Part shown: piece by piece, positions 35,318 through 44,051 of the stretch | How positions within the stretch are numbered: the stretch's first letter is position 1 | Layout: every line of letters starts with the position of its first letter | Assembly: GCA_963832975.1 (NCBI GenBank) | Contig: CAWHVX010000006.1 | Span: 912,243 to 976,242 of the forward strand | Source: an uncultured Acidobacteriota bacterium | GTDB lineage: Bacteria > Acidobacteriota > Terriglobia > Acidiferrales > UBA7541 | Direction of reading: 5' to 3' | DNA length: 64,000 nt | Translations under genes and position numbers: made by a program | Notes under the pieces: model-generated | Database searches by the model: none | The model's input: the letters and a program-made list of their open reading frames with translations, nothing else | What the model was told of the DNA's origin: nothing

Positions 35318-35848
35318 ATGAAGGCGCAATTCCTCGGGGTGGCGAGCTTCGTGGTGGGATCGCTGATGCTGATGCCTACGGGGCTTTCCGCGCAGACTGC
35401 GGCGAAAGACTCGCAGCAGAAAGCGGACCACGATGCCGCGGCATCCGCGAAGGATGCGTTGCCTTTTCCGAAGGCGCCGCGCATTACGGCCGAGGAAGTG
35501 GAGCGACAAATCAAGGACAAGAAAGACGTGGTGATCGTCGACACGGATGATTCGATCAGTTACGGCGCCGAGCATATTCAGGGAGCGGTCAACATCACGT
35601 ACGACCCCACGACGGATGCTCGGGCGGCGGATGACACGCTCAGTGCGCTGCCGGGCGATAAACTGGTCGTGTTTTACTGCGATTGCCCGCACGAGGAAGA
35701 TAGCGCACCATTCGTTTTGGAGATGCAGCAGCTGGGCTACGATCCTGCCAAGGTGAAGGCGCTCGAGGGCGGCCTCACGCGGTGGGAACAACTGCACTAC
35801 CCCCTTGCGGGCACGGATATAAGCGTGGCTCAGGAAAAGGGCAACTAA
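35318..35848 (+). CDS. exported rhodanese-domain sulfurtransferase
   Basis: AAGGAG RBS, signal peptide MKAQFLGVASFVVGSLMLMPTGLSAQ, rhodanese core VIVDTDD..YGAEHIQGAVNI..LVVFYCDCPHEEDSA..LEGGLTRW. Confidence 0.8.
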   Translation: MKAQFLGVASFVVGSLMLMPTGLSAQTAAKDSQQKADHDAAASAKDALPFPKAPRITAEEVERQIKDKKDVVIVDTDDSISYGAEHIQGAVNITYDPTTDARAADDTLSALPGDKLVVFYCDCPHEEDSAPFVLEMQQLGYDPAKVKALEGGLTRWEQLHYPLAGTDISVAQEKGN

Positions 35849-35874
35849 ATCAGGTTAGCTCGCCGCGAATTTAT

Positions 35875-37014
35875 CTATTGGCCTACCGCCCAGGCGCGGG
35901 CATTTTGGAAGTCCAGGTCGCTGTGCCACACGCTCTTGTCTCGATTGTCTCCCAGCGCCGCAAATACCTGCTCGGCTGCCGGTTTGTCGCGCTCGAGGGC
36001 CGCTAGATATGCGAAACGGTTCATTTTGAGGGGCGAGTAGCCGTACAGCTGGCCCATCACGGCGTAACCTTCCTTGATTTTCGGCCACGATAGATTTTGC
36101 AGAACCGCATCATCATCTGAATTGCATCCGCATACGATCGTGGTGGCCATCTCGAAATATATGAAGTTTCCCTGCTGCCCGCCGATCTGATCGGAAGCCT
36201 GCTCGGCGAATGCCTCGGCTTCGCCGGGCTCTCCATACCACTTTGGCAGGAGGAAATTCACGTACTGGCGATAGACGTGGTAGTAGGTTGGCTCGAACGC
36301 AAGCGCCGCATCGAGGAGTTCCTTTGCCTGCGACTTGTCCCATCCCTGAAAGAGCGCCACGTCCTGCATCACGGAGTACCAGTAAGGATCTTTTTCTTTC
36401 AGTTTAGCGGCGTCGACTAAGGCGGACGCGGCCATATCAACCCGCTCGTGGCAGAGCCTCCAGCCCTCGTCCGACACCGAATCTGCGTATCCGGTGCCCC
36501 GGGCGTAATAACCGAAATTCACGTACCCCTCCGCAAGTGCGATTCGGGCCACGGCGGATTCAGGCTTGGCGGCGACCCAATCTTTCAGTGCCGCAATTTG
36601 GCCGTCCCAATCGTCGTCGGTGGCTTGGTCCCCTGTCGGAGGCTTGCTCACACCATCGTAAAAGTCCCAGAGCTTCCATGAGCCACCCCTGAATCTCGCT
36701 CTGTTGAGTCTGGCGTCCCGCTCGGCCTGATCGAGGTGGTCGTAATCCTTGCGCACGAGATACATCATCATCTGGCTTTGGTAGTCGAATTCTTCGTGAT
36801 CAGCGATTATGTCGCTGAAGGTGGGCATTTGCTGCTTTGCGGCGGGTGCGGTCGAAGGCGTTCCGCCGAGATGGCCGCCCTCAGCGTAGTTGCGGGCGAT
36901 TTCGGCCAAGCGCGCAGAATCGTCGTTTGCGAGGACCCGCGGGCGTCCGCAGGAGCTTATGAGAAATACGGTACTTAGGGCGAGACAAAGGGAGACTTTT
37001 TGGCAAATCGTCAT
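35875..37014 (-). CDS. DUF4034-like lipoprotein (helical-repeat)
   Basis: Lipobox LISSCG. GGSWKLWDFY, YARGTGYADSVSDEGW, DPYWYSVM, FEPTYYHVYRQYVNFLLPKWYG. Family assignment is from memory. Confidence 0.6.
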   Translation of the reverse strand: MTICQKVSLCLALSTVFLISSCGRPRVLANDDSARLAEIARNYAEGGHLGGTPSTAPAAKQQMPTFSDIIADHEEFDYQSQMMMYLVRKDYDHLDQAERDARLNRARFRGGSWKLWDFYDGVSKPPTGDQATDDDWDGQIAALKDWVAAKPESAVARIALAEGYVNFGYYARGTGYADSVSDEGWRLCHERVDMAASALVDAAKLKEKDPYWYSVMQDVALFQGWDKSQAKELLDAALAFEPTYYHVYRQYVNFLLPKWYGEPGEAEAFAEQASDQIGGQQGNFIYFEMATTIVCGCNSDDDAVLQNLSWPKIKEGYAVMGQLYGYSPLKMNRFAYLAALERDKPAAEQVFAALGDNRDKSVWHSDLDFQNARAWAVGQ

Positions 37015-37042
37015 ATGGCCATCTCCAGACTAAGCGGATGAG

Positions 37043-37090
37043 GATGTTGTAAGAAATCAGGGCCAAAAGAGGAAGAGTACGAAAGGACAG
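37043..37090 (-). promoter_or_regulatory. bipartite upstream element CTGTCCTTTCGTACTCTTCCTC-16nt-TTACAACATC
   Basis: 21 of 22 nt identical to 31826-31847. In both cases block 2 lies 28 nt before the ATG. Confidence 0.5.
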
Positions 37091-37311
37091 CTGACTTTGT
37101 GGATTGGACACAACGCCCTACGCATGCAAGCCGCCGAATTCGCTTGTGATCCTTCGCGAAGCGCCCATACTCCAAGCAGCTACTGCCGCTAGACTGCTTC
37201 CTGTCAAATAGGGCCCCCAAGTCTATCTGCCCCAGCACCCGAAGCACGGGACGTTTCGTTGGGCGAGGTGTCGATGGACACCCGACTCAGCGCAACGAAA
37301 ACGAGGGCAAG

Positions 37312-37527
37312 ATGGTCAAAGTGTGTCTTACGGGGCTATGCAAGAGCGTTCAACCCACAACGCACAACGGAAATCCGGTTCACTGCGTGATCCAGGTGGA
37401 GATGGACCACGGTGTCTCGCGAGCGTACGGTTCGTACGATATACAGCTTTCGGTTCCGATCGAATTCGCGATGCTGATCGAGGCGGGGCTGCCGGTGATT
37501 GTGACACTCGAGCAAGACGGCGGCTGA
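37312..37527 (+). CDS. hypothetical small protein (71 aa)
   Basis: GAGGG RBS. Protein-like sequence with no recognised family. Directly upstream of the Rieske gene. Confidence 0.35.
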   Translation: MVKVCLTGLCKSVQPTTHNGNPVHCVIQVEMDHGVSRAYGSYDIQLSVPIEFAMLIEAGLPVIVTLEQDGG

Positions 37528-37577
37528 ACCGCCGCTTGGGGGCGGGGCGGCGTTGGGTATAGAATGCCGCCCGTCCG

Positions 37578-38837
37578 ATGCTTGAGCCTGCCAAGAACGA
37601 ACTTCTGACCCAGGTGGGCCGCGGCACGCCGATGGGCGAACTGCTGCGGCGCTACTGGATGCCGATTGCCGGCGTGAGCGAGTTCGACAACGAGTCGATC
37701 AAGCCCGTGCGGGTGATGGGCGAAGACCTCACGCTGTATAAGGATCTCAGCGGAAATTATGGGCTCGTGGGGCGGCACTGTCCGCATCGCTGCGCGGATA
37801 TGTCGTATGGATTCGTCGAGCAGTGCGGACTGCGATGCAACTACCACGGCTGGCTTTTCGATCGGGACGGCCGCTGCCTGGAGCAGCCTTACGAGGATGT
37901 GGCGCAGCCGGAGGCGCGTTTCCGCGAAAAGGTGCGCATTGCGGCATATCCCGTCGAAGTGAAGGCGGGCCTGATCTGGGCGTACCTCGGGCCGGAGCCC
38001 GCGCCGCTGGTGCCGACGTGGGAGCCGTTCACATGGAAGAACGGATTCGTGCAGATTGTTTTCGCCGACGTGCCGTGCAACTGGTTCCAGTGCCAGGAAA
38101 ATTCCGTCGATCCGCTGCACTTCGAGTGGATGCACATGAACTGGAGCGTGCGGCTGAAGGACAAGATGGGGCCGTATTCGCCGCGGCATCTGAAGCTGGC
38201 GTTCGAGGAGTTCGATTACGGGATCGTCTACCGGCGAATTCGCGAGGGGATGAGCGAGGACGACCCGATGTGGAAGGTCGGGCGCGTGTGCCTGTGGCCT
38301 AACGCGCTTTTTACCGGCGATCATTTCGAGTGGCGCGTCCCGATCGACGATGAGAACACGCTGAGCGTGACGTGGTGCTTCAGCCGCGTGCCGAAGGAGC
38401 GCGAGCCGTACGTCCAGGAGCAGATTCCAGCCTGGCGCGGACCCGTGCGCGATGCGGACACGGGGCGGCTGATTTCGAGCCACGTGATGAATCAGGATTT
38501 CGTTGCGTGGGTCGGACAAGGCGTGATCCCAGATCGCACGCAGGAACATCTCGGGACGAGCGATGCGGGCATCATCATGATGCGGCAACGGTTCTTGAAG
38601 GACATCGAGGGCATCGCGCGCGGCGAGGATCCCAAGGCGGTGGTGCGCGACGCGGAGATCAATCGCTGCATCGGATTGCCGATCGCCGACCGGAAGAATC
38701 TGGTGGAGGGCATGACGCTCGAACAGACCGCGAAGCATCCGCTCGCCGGCGGGCATTTGACCGACTACGTATTTCAGGCGGGTCAGCCCAGCGAAGTGCG
38801 CAAAGCGTATGCGGACGCGATGGGCCTTCCGAAGTGA
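37578..38837 (+). CDS. Rieske [2Fe-2S] non-heme-iron oxygenase, catalytic subunit (VanA/KshA/PAO-like, no beta subunit)
   Basis: CPHRCADMSYG...CNYHGWLFD Rieske motif. Mononuclear-iron region NSVDPLHFEWMH. Confidence 0.85.
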   Translation: MLEPAKNELLTQVGRGTPMGELLRRYWMPIAGVSEFDNESIKPVRVMGEDLTLYKDLSGNYGLVGRHCPHRCADMSYGFVEQCGLRCNYHGWLFDRDGRCLEQPYEDVAQPEARFREKVRIAAYPVEVKAGLIWAYLGPEPAPLVPTWEPFTWKNGFVQIVFADVPCNWFQCQENSVDPLHFEWMHMNWSVRLKDKMGPYSPRHLKLAFEEFDYGIVYRRIREGMSEDDPMWKVGRVCLWPNALFTGDHFEWRVPIDDENTLSVTWCFSRVPKEREPYVQEQIPAWRGPVRDADTGRLISSHVMNQDFVAWVGQGVIPDRTQEHLGTSDAGIIMMRQRFLKDIEGIARGEDPKAVVRDAEINRCIGLPIADRKNLVEGMTLEQTAKHPLAGGHLTDYVFQAGQPSEVRKAYADAMGLPK

Positions 38838-39904
38838 GCTCCGGCTCGGCGAAAAATCCAGTGGACAATCCAGCGCCGTACCTGCGGATCGCGACGGAAG
38901 AGGCGTTTGCGACGCCCGAATTGCTCGAGCGCTGGCGCGCACTGCTGCGGGAGGGGCACAATCTCGATCCCGGGTTCGTCGGGCAGTGGGGATATTTTCT
39001 GGGGCCGAGCCCGCGGGCGCAGGGCATCGCTTCGCGCATCGCCGATCTGGGCGAGCAGCGACTGCGCGATATGGATGCGACCGGCATCGCGCGGCAAGTC
39101 CTTTCGCTGACGAATCCGGGCGTGCAGATTTTCGACGGTCACACCGCGACGGCTCTGGCGATTTCCTCGAACGATCAACTGGCCGAGGCGATTCGGAAGC
39201 ATCCGGACCGCTACTCCGGGCTCGCCGCGATTGCGCCGCAGAATCCCGGCGGCGCGGCGAAGGAACTGGAGCGTGCCGTCCGAACGCTGGGCCTGAAGGG
39301 CGCGATCATCAATTCGCACACGCACAGCGAATACCTGGACGATCCGAAGTTCTGGGACATTTTTGCGGCGGCGGAGGCGCTGGATGTGCCGGTCTACCTG
39401 CATCCGAGCACCCCTTCGCGGCACATGTACGCGCCGTTTGCGGAGTGGGGACTCGAAGGCGCGATCTACGGCTTTGCCGTCGAGACGAGTTTGCATTTGC
39501 TGCGGATCATCCTGAGCGGCGTTTTCGACCAATTCCCGAAGCTGCGCATGGTGGTGGGACATCTCGGCGAAGGGCTTCCCTACTGGTTTTTCCGGCTCGA
39601 TTTCTTTCATCGCGCGAACGTCGCGTCGGGCCGCTATCCGAACGTGAAGAAGCTGAACAAGAGGCCAAGCGATTACTTGAAGGAAAACGTCTGGGTGACG
39701 ACGAGCGGTATGGCCTGGGAGCCGCCGATTCTGTATTGCCAGCAGGTGCTCGGCGTGGATCGCGTGCTCTATGCGATGGACTACCCGTATCAGTTCGTGC
39801 CGGAAGAGGTGCGGGTTACGGATGAGCTGCCGATCGGCGACGCGGACAAGAAGAAGTTGTACCAGACGAACGCCGAGGAAGTGTTCCACATCCCTTCCAA
39901 CTGA
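38834..39904 (+). CDS. amidohydrolase-2 family protein (ACMSD/LigW-like non-oxidative decarboxylase)
   Basis: GTG 38834 overlaps the Rieske stop (GTGA). RIATEEAF, INSHT, LHPSTP, VVGHLGEGLPYW and YAMDYPY motifs. Confidence 0.8.
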   Translation: MSSGSAKNPVDNPAPYLRIATEEAFATPELLERWRALLREGHNLDPGFVGQWGYFLGPSPRAQGIASRIADLGEQRLRDMDATGIARQVLSLTNPGVQIFDGHTATALAISSNDQLAEAIRKHPDRYSGLAAIAPQNPGGAAKELERAVRTLGLKGAIINSHTHSEYLDDPKFWDIFAAAEALDVPVYLHPSTPSRHMYAPFAEWGLEGAIYGFAVETSLHLLRIILSGVFDQFPKLRMVVGHLGEGLPYWFFRLDFFHRANVASGRYPNVKKLNKRPSDYLKENVWVTTSGMAWEPPILYCQQVLGVDRVLYAMDYPYQFVPEEVRVTDELPIGDADKKKLYQTNAEEVFHIPSN

Positions 39905-39994
39905 CCCCACTGGAATTGTCCAAAAGTGAACAGTATTTGGGAAGCGGCGCTTTTACACTGCGTCCTCGCCGTAGTGTAACGATACGGAGCAACC

Positions 39995-41536
39995 ATGAGC
40001 GACCTCGAATATCCCGAACGGGAAAGGCGCTTGCCGGATTCGTTCTCCTCGCATTCTTCCGATGACGCGCTTGGACGAGAGGAAATCTCCGTCGCCAAGA
40101 AGCTCCATCAGATGGTTATCCATCCGCCGAGCCTGCAAGAGGAAAAACGAGCTCTCGCGGTCCTTGCCCGAACGCTGGCTACGAATCCGCACGGACTGAT
40201 CGATCAATTGCTCGAGGAGGCGCTTCCGCTTTGCAATGCCGACACCTCCGGGTTGAGCGTTCTCGAAACTCTTCCCAACGGTGAACTGGTTTTTCGCTGG
40301 ACCAACATGGCCGGCAGACTGAAGCACTCTGTCGGCGGCGTTTCGCCTCGGCACTTCAGCCCATCGGGGCTCTGTCTCGATCAGAATTCCCCGCAGCGAT
40401 TTGCGCATCCGGCCGGGCGCTTTGAATATTTGAAAGAGACCGTAGAAGTTCCGATCGTCGAAACGCTGGTGGTTCCGGTTCCTCCGAGTTTCGGGGCGCC
40501 GGCTGTGCTCTGGATTGTGACGCACGAAGAAGGAAAGAGCTTCCACGCGGAAAGCGTTCGAATCATGAACGAACTCGCCGACTTTGCCAGCTCCGCGCTG
40601 GGGCTGATGCACTCATTAGAGGCCGCGCAGAACTACAGAGATCAGGCAGAAGCGGAAATCTCGCAGCGGCGGACGACCGAGATAGAACTCAGGACGACAC
40701 AAGAGGATCTCGAGGAGGCCATCCGAACTCAGGATGAGGCGCTTCGGCAGCGAGAGATCGAAATCGCTTCGCGCAAACGAAGCGAGGCTGAACTGCAAAA
40801 GAGCCACGATGCGCTCGAGTCTCTGGTGCGTGCGCGGACATCACAACTGCGGCAGCTTTCGGCGAGACTGCTGATTCTCCAAGACGAGGAACGCAGGCGC
40901 ATCGCTCGCGAGTTGCACGATAGCGCCGGGCAGTATCTTTCCGGCATTCAGATGAATCTGGACGCATGCCTGCGCGAAAACTCCAGCACATGGGTTTCCC
41001 GAGTCGCCGACTCAAGACAGATGGCGGAGCAGTGCCTTGCCGAGATCCGGACGATGTCGTATCTCCTGCATCCTCCACTCCTGGACGAGATGGGACTTCT
41101 CTCCGCCCTTTCGTGGTATGCGGAGGGTTTCTCCGAGCGCAGCGGAGTGCGCGTGCAGTTGGACGCCCCCGATAGATTGGGACGGCTACCCGGCGAAATC
41201 GAGGCCGCGATATTCCGAGTGATTCAGGAAGCGCTCTCCAATATCCACCGGCACTCCGGCAGCAAGACGGCGCGAATCAGCATGGCGAGCGATGCGGAAG
41301 AAGTGATACTCGAAGTCTCCGACGAAGGACGCGGAATACCGGCCGACATTTTGACCGGATTCTTGACGGGAACGCACCTTCCCGGCGTGGGGATCGCCGG
41401 AATGCGCGAGCGCGTCAGCAATATGGGTGGTAAATTCGGCATTCGATCGAGCGAGCGCGGCACAACGATCGAGATGAGTCTGCCTCTGCCTGTCGAACCG
41501 GATGAACAATCCGCGTTGTCCGATCAAGCCAATTAA
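39995..41536 (+). CDS. cytoplasmic GAF-domain sensor histidine kinase (HisKA_3/NarX-type core)
   Basis: GAF-like N-half, long coiled coil, DEERRRIARELHDSAGQ H-box, and HATPase (EALSNIHRHSG, DEGRGI, GVGIAGMRERV). No TM segment, and no response regulator adjacent. Confidence 0.85.
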   Translation: MSDLEYPERERRLPDSFSSHSSDDALGREEISVAKKLHQMVIHPPSLQEEKRALAVLARTLATNPHGLIDQLLEEALPLCNADTSGLSVLETLPNGELVFRWTNMAGRLKHSVGGVSPRHFSPSGLCLDQNSPQRFAHPAGRFEYLKETVEVPIVETLVVPVPPSFGAPAVLWIVTHEEGKSFHAESVRIMNELADFASSALGLMHSLEAAQNYRDQAEAEISQRRTTEIELRTTQEDLEEAIRTQDEALRQREIEIASRKRSEAELQKSHDALESLVRARTSQLRQLSARLLILQDEERRRIARELHDSAGQYLSGIQMNLDACLRENSSTWVSRVADSRQMAEQCLAEIRTMSYLLHPPLLDEMGLLSALSWYAEGFSERSGVRVQLDAPDRLGRLPGEIEAAIFRVIQEALSNIHRHSGSKTARISMASDAEEVILEVSDEGRGIPADILTGFLTGTHLPGVGIAGMRERVSNMGGKFGIRSSERGTTIEMSLPLPVEPDEQSALSDQAN

Positions 41537-41546
41537 CGTCTCGGCA

Positions 41547-41573
41547 GGGGGCGGGTTTCAAACCCGCCCCTAC
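41547..41573. repeat. GGGGGCGGGTTTCAAACCCGCCCCTAC palindromic repeat (possible bidirectional terminator)
   Basis: Between the convergent histidine kinase and GH57 genes. Copy of 15934-15960. Confidence 0.8.
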
Positions 41574-41623
41574 GAGCGAAAACCGGGCGAGCACCCGCGC
41601 GGAAGCGAAGGATGTGGTGGCCG

Positions 41624-43827
41624 CTATTCCGGGCTCCAGGCGTAATTTTCTTCGCCGAGGGCGATGCCGAGCATGCCCTCGACGGGGAGGACGTCCACGG
41701 GGAGGCCGCCGCTCCAGAGGGCGACGCTGAGCAGGAGTTCGCGGCGGCCGCGAAGATCGAAGAGCTCGCGCGCGAGAGAAATCTCGACGATCTTGCTATA
41801 GGCGGCCGAAAGAACCGACTCGGGATGCAGCAGGCAGACGCCGCCCTGCTCGACGATATAGCCGAGGCGTCCCTGATCGACGCTGAGCGTGATGCGCGTT
41901 TCGCGCGAATCCCACATCGTGAGCCGCAGCTGGAATTCGGACATCTCGGCGATGGCTTCGGCGATCGGATCGACGCGCAGGAAAAATTGCGAGGGCGCGA
42001 AGCCGTAGTAGAAATCGCCGAGCACGTACTGGCGGCCGTGCATCGCGGAGCTGCGGCGGTCGGTGGCATAGAAACCGGCGCCGAGCCATTCGAAGTAGCT
42101 GCTCTCGCGGCCGTCGACTTTCACGTCGAGGTAGGCGGAGGGGGGCTCGCGGCGGCCACGCTCGGGGGCGCGCTTGATCGGATGGGCGAGCGCGTCGGGC
42201 GCGGACTCGCCGAGCGCGTTGTAAACCTCGGTTAGGTGCTTACGGTAGAGCGCGTCGAATTCCGCGTCGTTTGCAGAGCCGTGCTCGGGGCCATACCACC
42301 AGTTCCAGTCGCTGCCTTCGGCGGCGAGGAGAGCGTCATAGGCGCGCTTGCCGTGGCCGTCTTCGTTGAATTTCACCGGGGGGACGCGCTTGGAGGGCAG
42401 GCGCGCGGCACGGGCAGCGGCGCTTTCGTAGGCTTCGCGCGCGTCGCGGAGGAGTTCCCACGAGCGGACGTCCTCGCCGTGGCCGATCCAGACATCGAAA
42501 TTGGCGTTGATCCACGATGCCGGGAAAATTCCCTCGAGACGCGGCTGGTTTGGCAGGCCTCGATCGCTTCGCTGACCGTCAGCGCGTTGATTTCCGGATC
42601 GCTCTGGATGCGGCGGTAAAACTGGCGGAGAAATTCGCGGCCGTTCTCCGGGTAATACTCCCAGGCGTTTTCGCCATCGAGAATCACGCTGACGGTGGCG
42701 GTGCGGCCGTAGGGCTCGCGATCGCCGATCGCGCGAATGCGGCGATGCAAATCGTCGGCCGCGGCTTCCGCGCCCATGCGGCTGTAGACGAAGCCGACCA
42801 GATCCGAGATGTAGTGATCCCGGAAAAAGCCGCTCATCGCGTTGCCGTTGCGCTCGAAGCGCCACGGACTGTACAGCTCGGGGCCATTTTCGGGATAGCC
42901 GGCCGGGTCGCGCCAGAAACCGATGTTGCGCGTGCGGCCGAGGACGCCTTCGTCCGTGGCGAACCATTTGAAGCCGAGATCCATGGCGATTTCGAGAGCC
43001 TGATCGGAGACGGAGCCCTCTGACGGCCACAGCCCGACGGGCGGCTGACCGAATGTGCGCTCGTGGAATTGGCGCGCGCGGAGGAGCTGCTCGCGAGCGT
43101 CTTGAGGATAGCGGAAGGGAGGCTGCGGCAGCGGCGTGTGTGGATTCGCGACGCGCGCGATATCGGTATCGCAGAGCAGCGGCAGAATCGGATGGTAATA
43201 CGGGGTCGTCGAGATCTCGATCTGGCCGCGCGCGGCCGCGAGGCGATATTCGGGGAGGACGGCCGCGAGTAACTCACGCTGCTTGTCGAGGAGGACAGAT
43301 TTGTCTTCCTCGTCGAAATCGCGACCCTTTTCCGAGATGGCGCGGACGGCGGGATCGTGGGCGAGATACTCTTCGTCCATCCAGGCGAGTTGCGAGAGGA
43401 CCTGAAGGTCGCGCCAGTCGCGCGCGTCCCAGTGGGCGACGCACGCCTCAACACCCGCCGAGCGCCACAGCGATTGCAATTCGGCGAAGCGCGGCCAGCG
43501 ATAGAGGAAATTGTCGTTGACCTGAAAGGCGCGCTCGAGGGCCTCGCGCTTCTCGTCGGGCCTGAGCTCTTCGGCGCGCGTAAACGCGATGTCGAACCAC
43601 GGCTCTTTGAATTGGCCGCTGGCGTATTCCTCGATCTGCTCGGCGAGCAGCGGAACGAAATTGAAGGTGGCGTGAACGCCCGGGAATTCCTCGAGGATCT
43701 TCACCATGCCCCAGTAGTCCTTGAGCGCGTGGAGGCGCGTCCATGGCAGCAGGTAGCTGCAGGTGGCCGGGTCGCGATATTGGGGCTGGTGCATGTGCCA
43801 GAGAATGACGAGATTGACGCGACTCAC
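41624..43827 (-). CDS. glycoside hydrolase family 57 alpha-glucan enzyme, frame broken once near 42547-42565
   Basis: MSRVNLVILWHMHQPQY..., WPSEGSVS, ILDGENAWEYY (ORF 42373-43827). Continues as GIFPASWINANFDVWIGH...SDWNWWYG in ORF 41624-43030. The junction reads GAG-G|CC-TGC, consistent with one missing G. Confidence 0.85.
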
Positions 43828-43874
43828 CTGTCGATTTCCTCCCCGGGTCGTTACTTTCTAAAAGGCGAAGGCCC

Positions 43875-43932
43875 GCGGCTAAAGCCGCTCCAGGACGAGG
43901 CCTTTTCGCGGGCCTAAAGGCCCACGCTTCCA
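43875..43932 (+). repeat. partial copy of the GGCTAAAGCC...GGCCTAAAGGCCCACGCTTCCA repeat family
   Basis: GCGGCTAAAGCCGC...GGCCTTTTCGCGGGCCTAAAGGCCCACGCTTCCA. Confidence 0.65.
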
Positions 43933-44030
43933 TCGGCAGAACAAGGGCTGCCAGATCATTCGCCGCTACAAGGCTAAGCCTTGCACAGCACTGGCCATTT
44001 GCTTCTTCTTCGTTGGGCGCATCTCAATGC

Positions 44031-44036
44031 TAGAAT
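44031..44036 (+). promoter_or_regulatory. -10 box TAGAAT upstream of the LptF/G gene
   Basis: GCTAGAAT lies 15 nt before ATG 44052. Confidence 0.3.
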
Positions 44037-44051
44037 GACGCCGCGCTCGCT

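Noticed and set aside
37380-38942. Long ORFs antisense to well-supported genes. Track ORFs: 7914-9059, 8755-9933, 10102-11253, 12427-13719, 16719-17873, 21267-22127, 23392-24744, 34730-35797, 37380-38942, 38783-39910, 61818-62879.
   Set aside because: Arg/His/Ala-rich low-complexity translations with no motifs. Each lies opposite a gene with clear family signatures. These are typical shadow ORFs of high-GC DNA.
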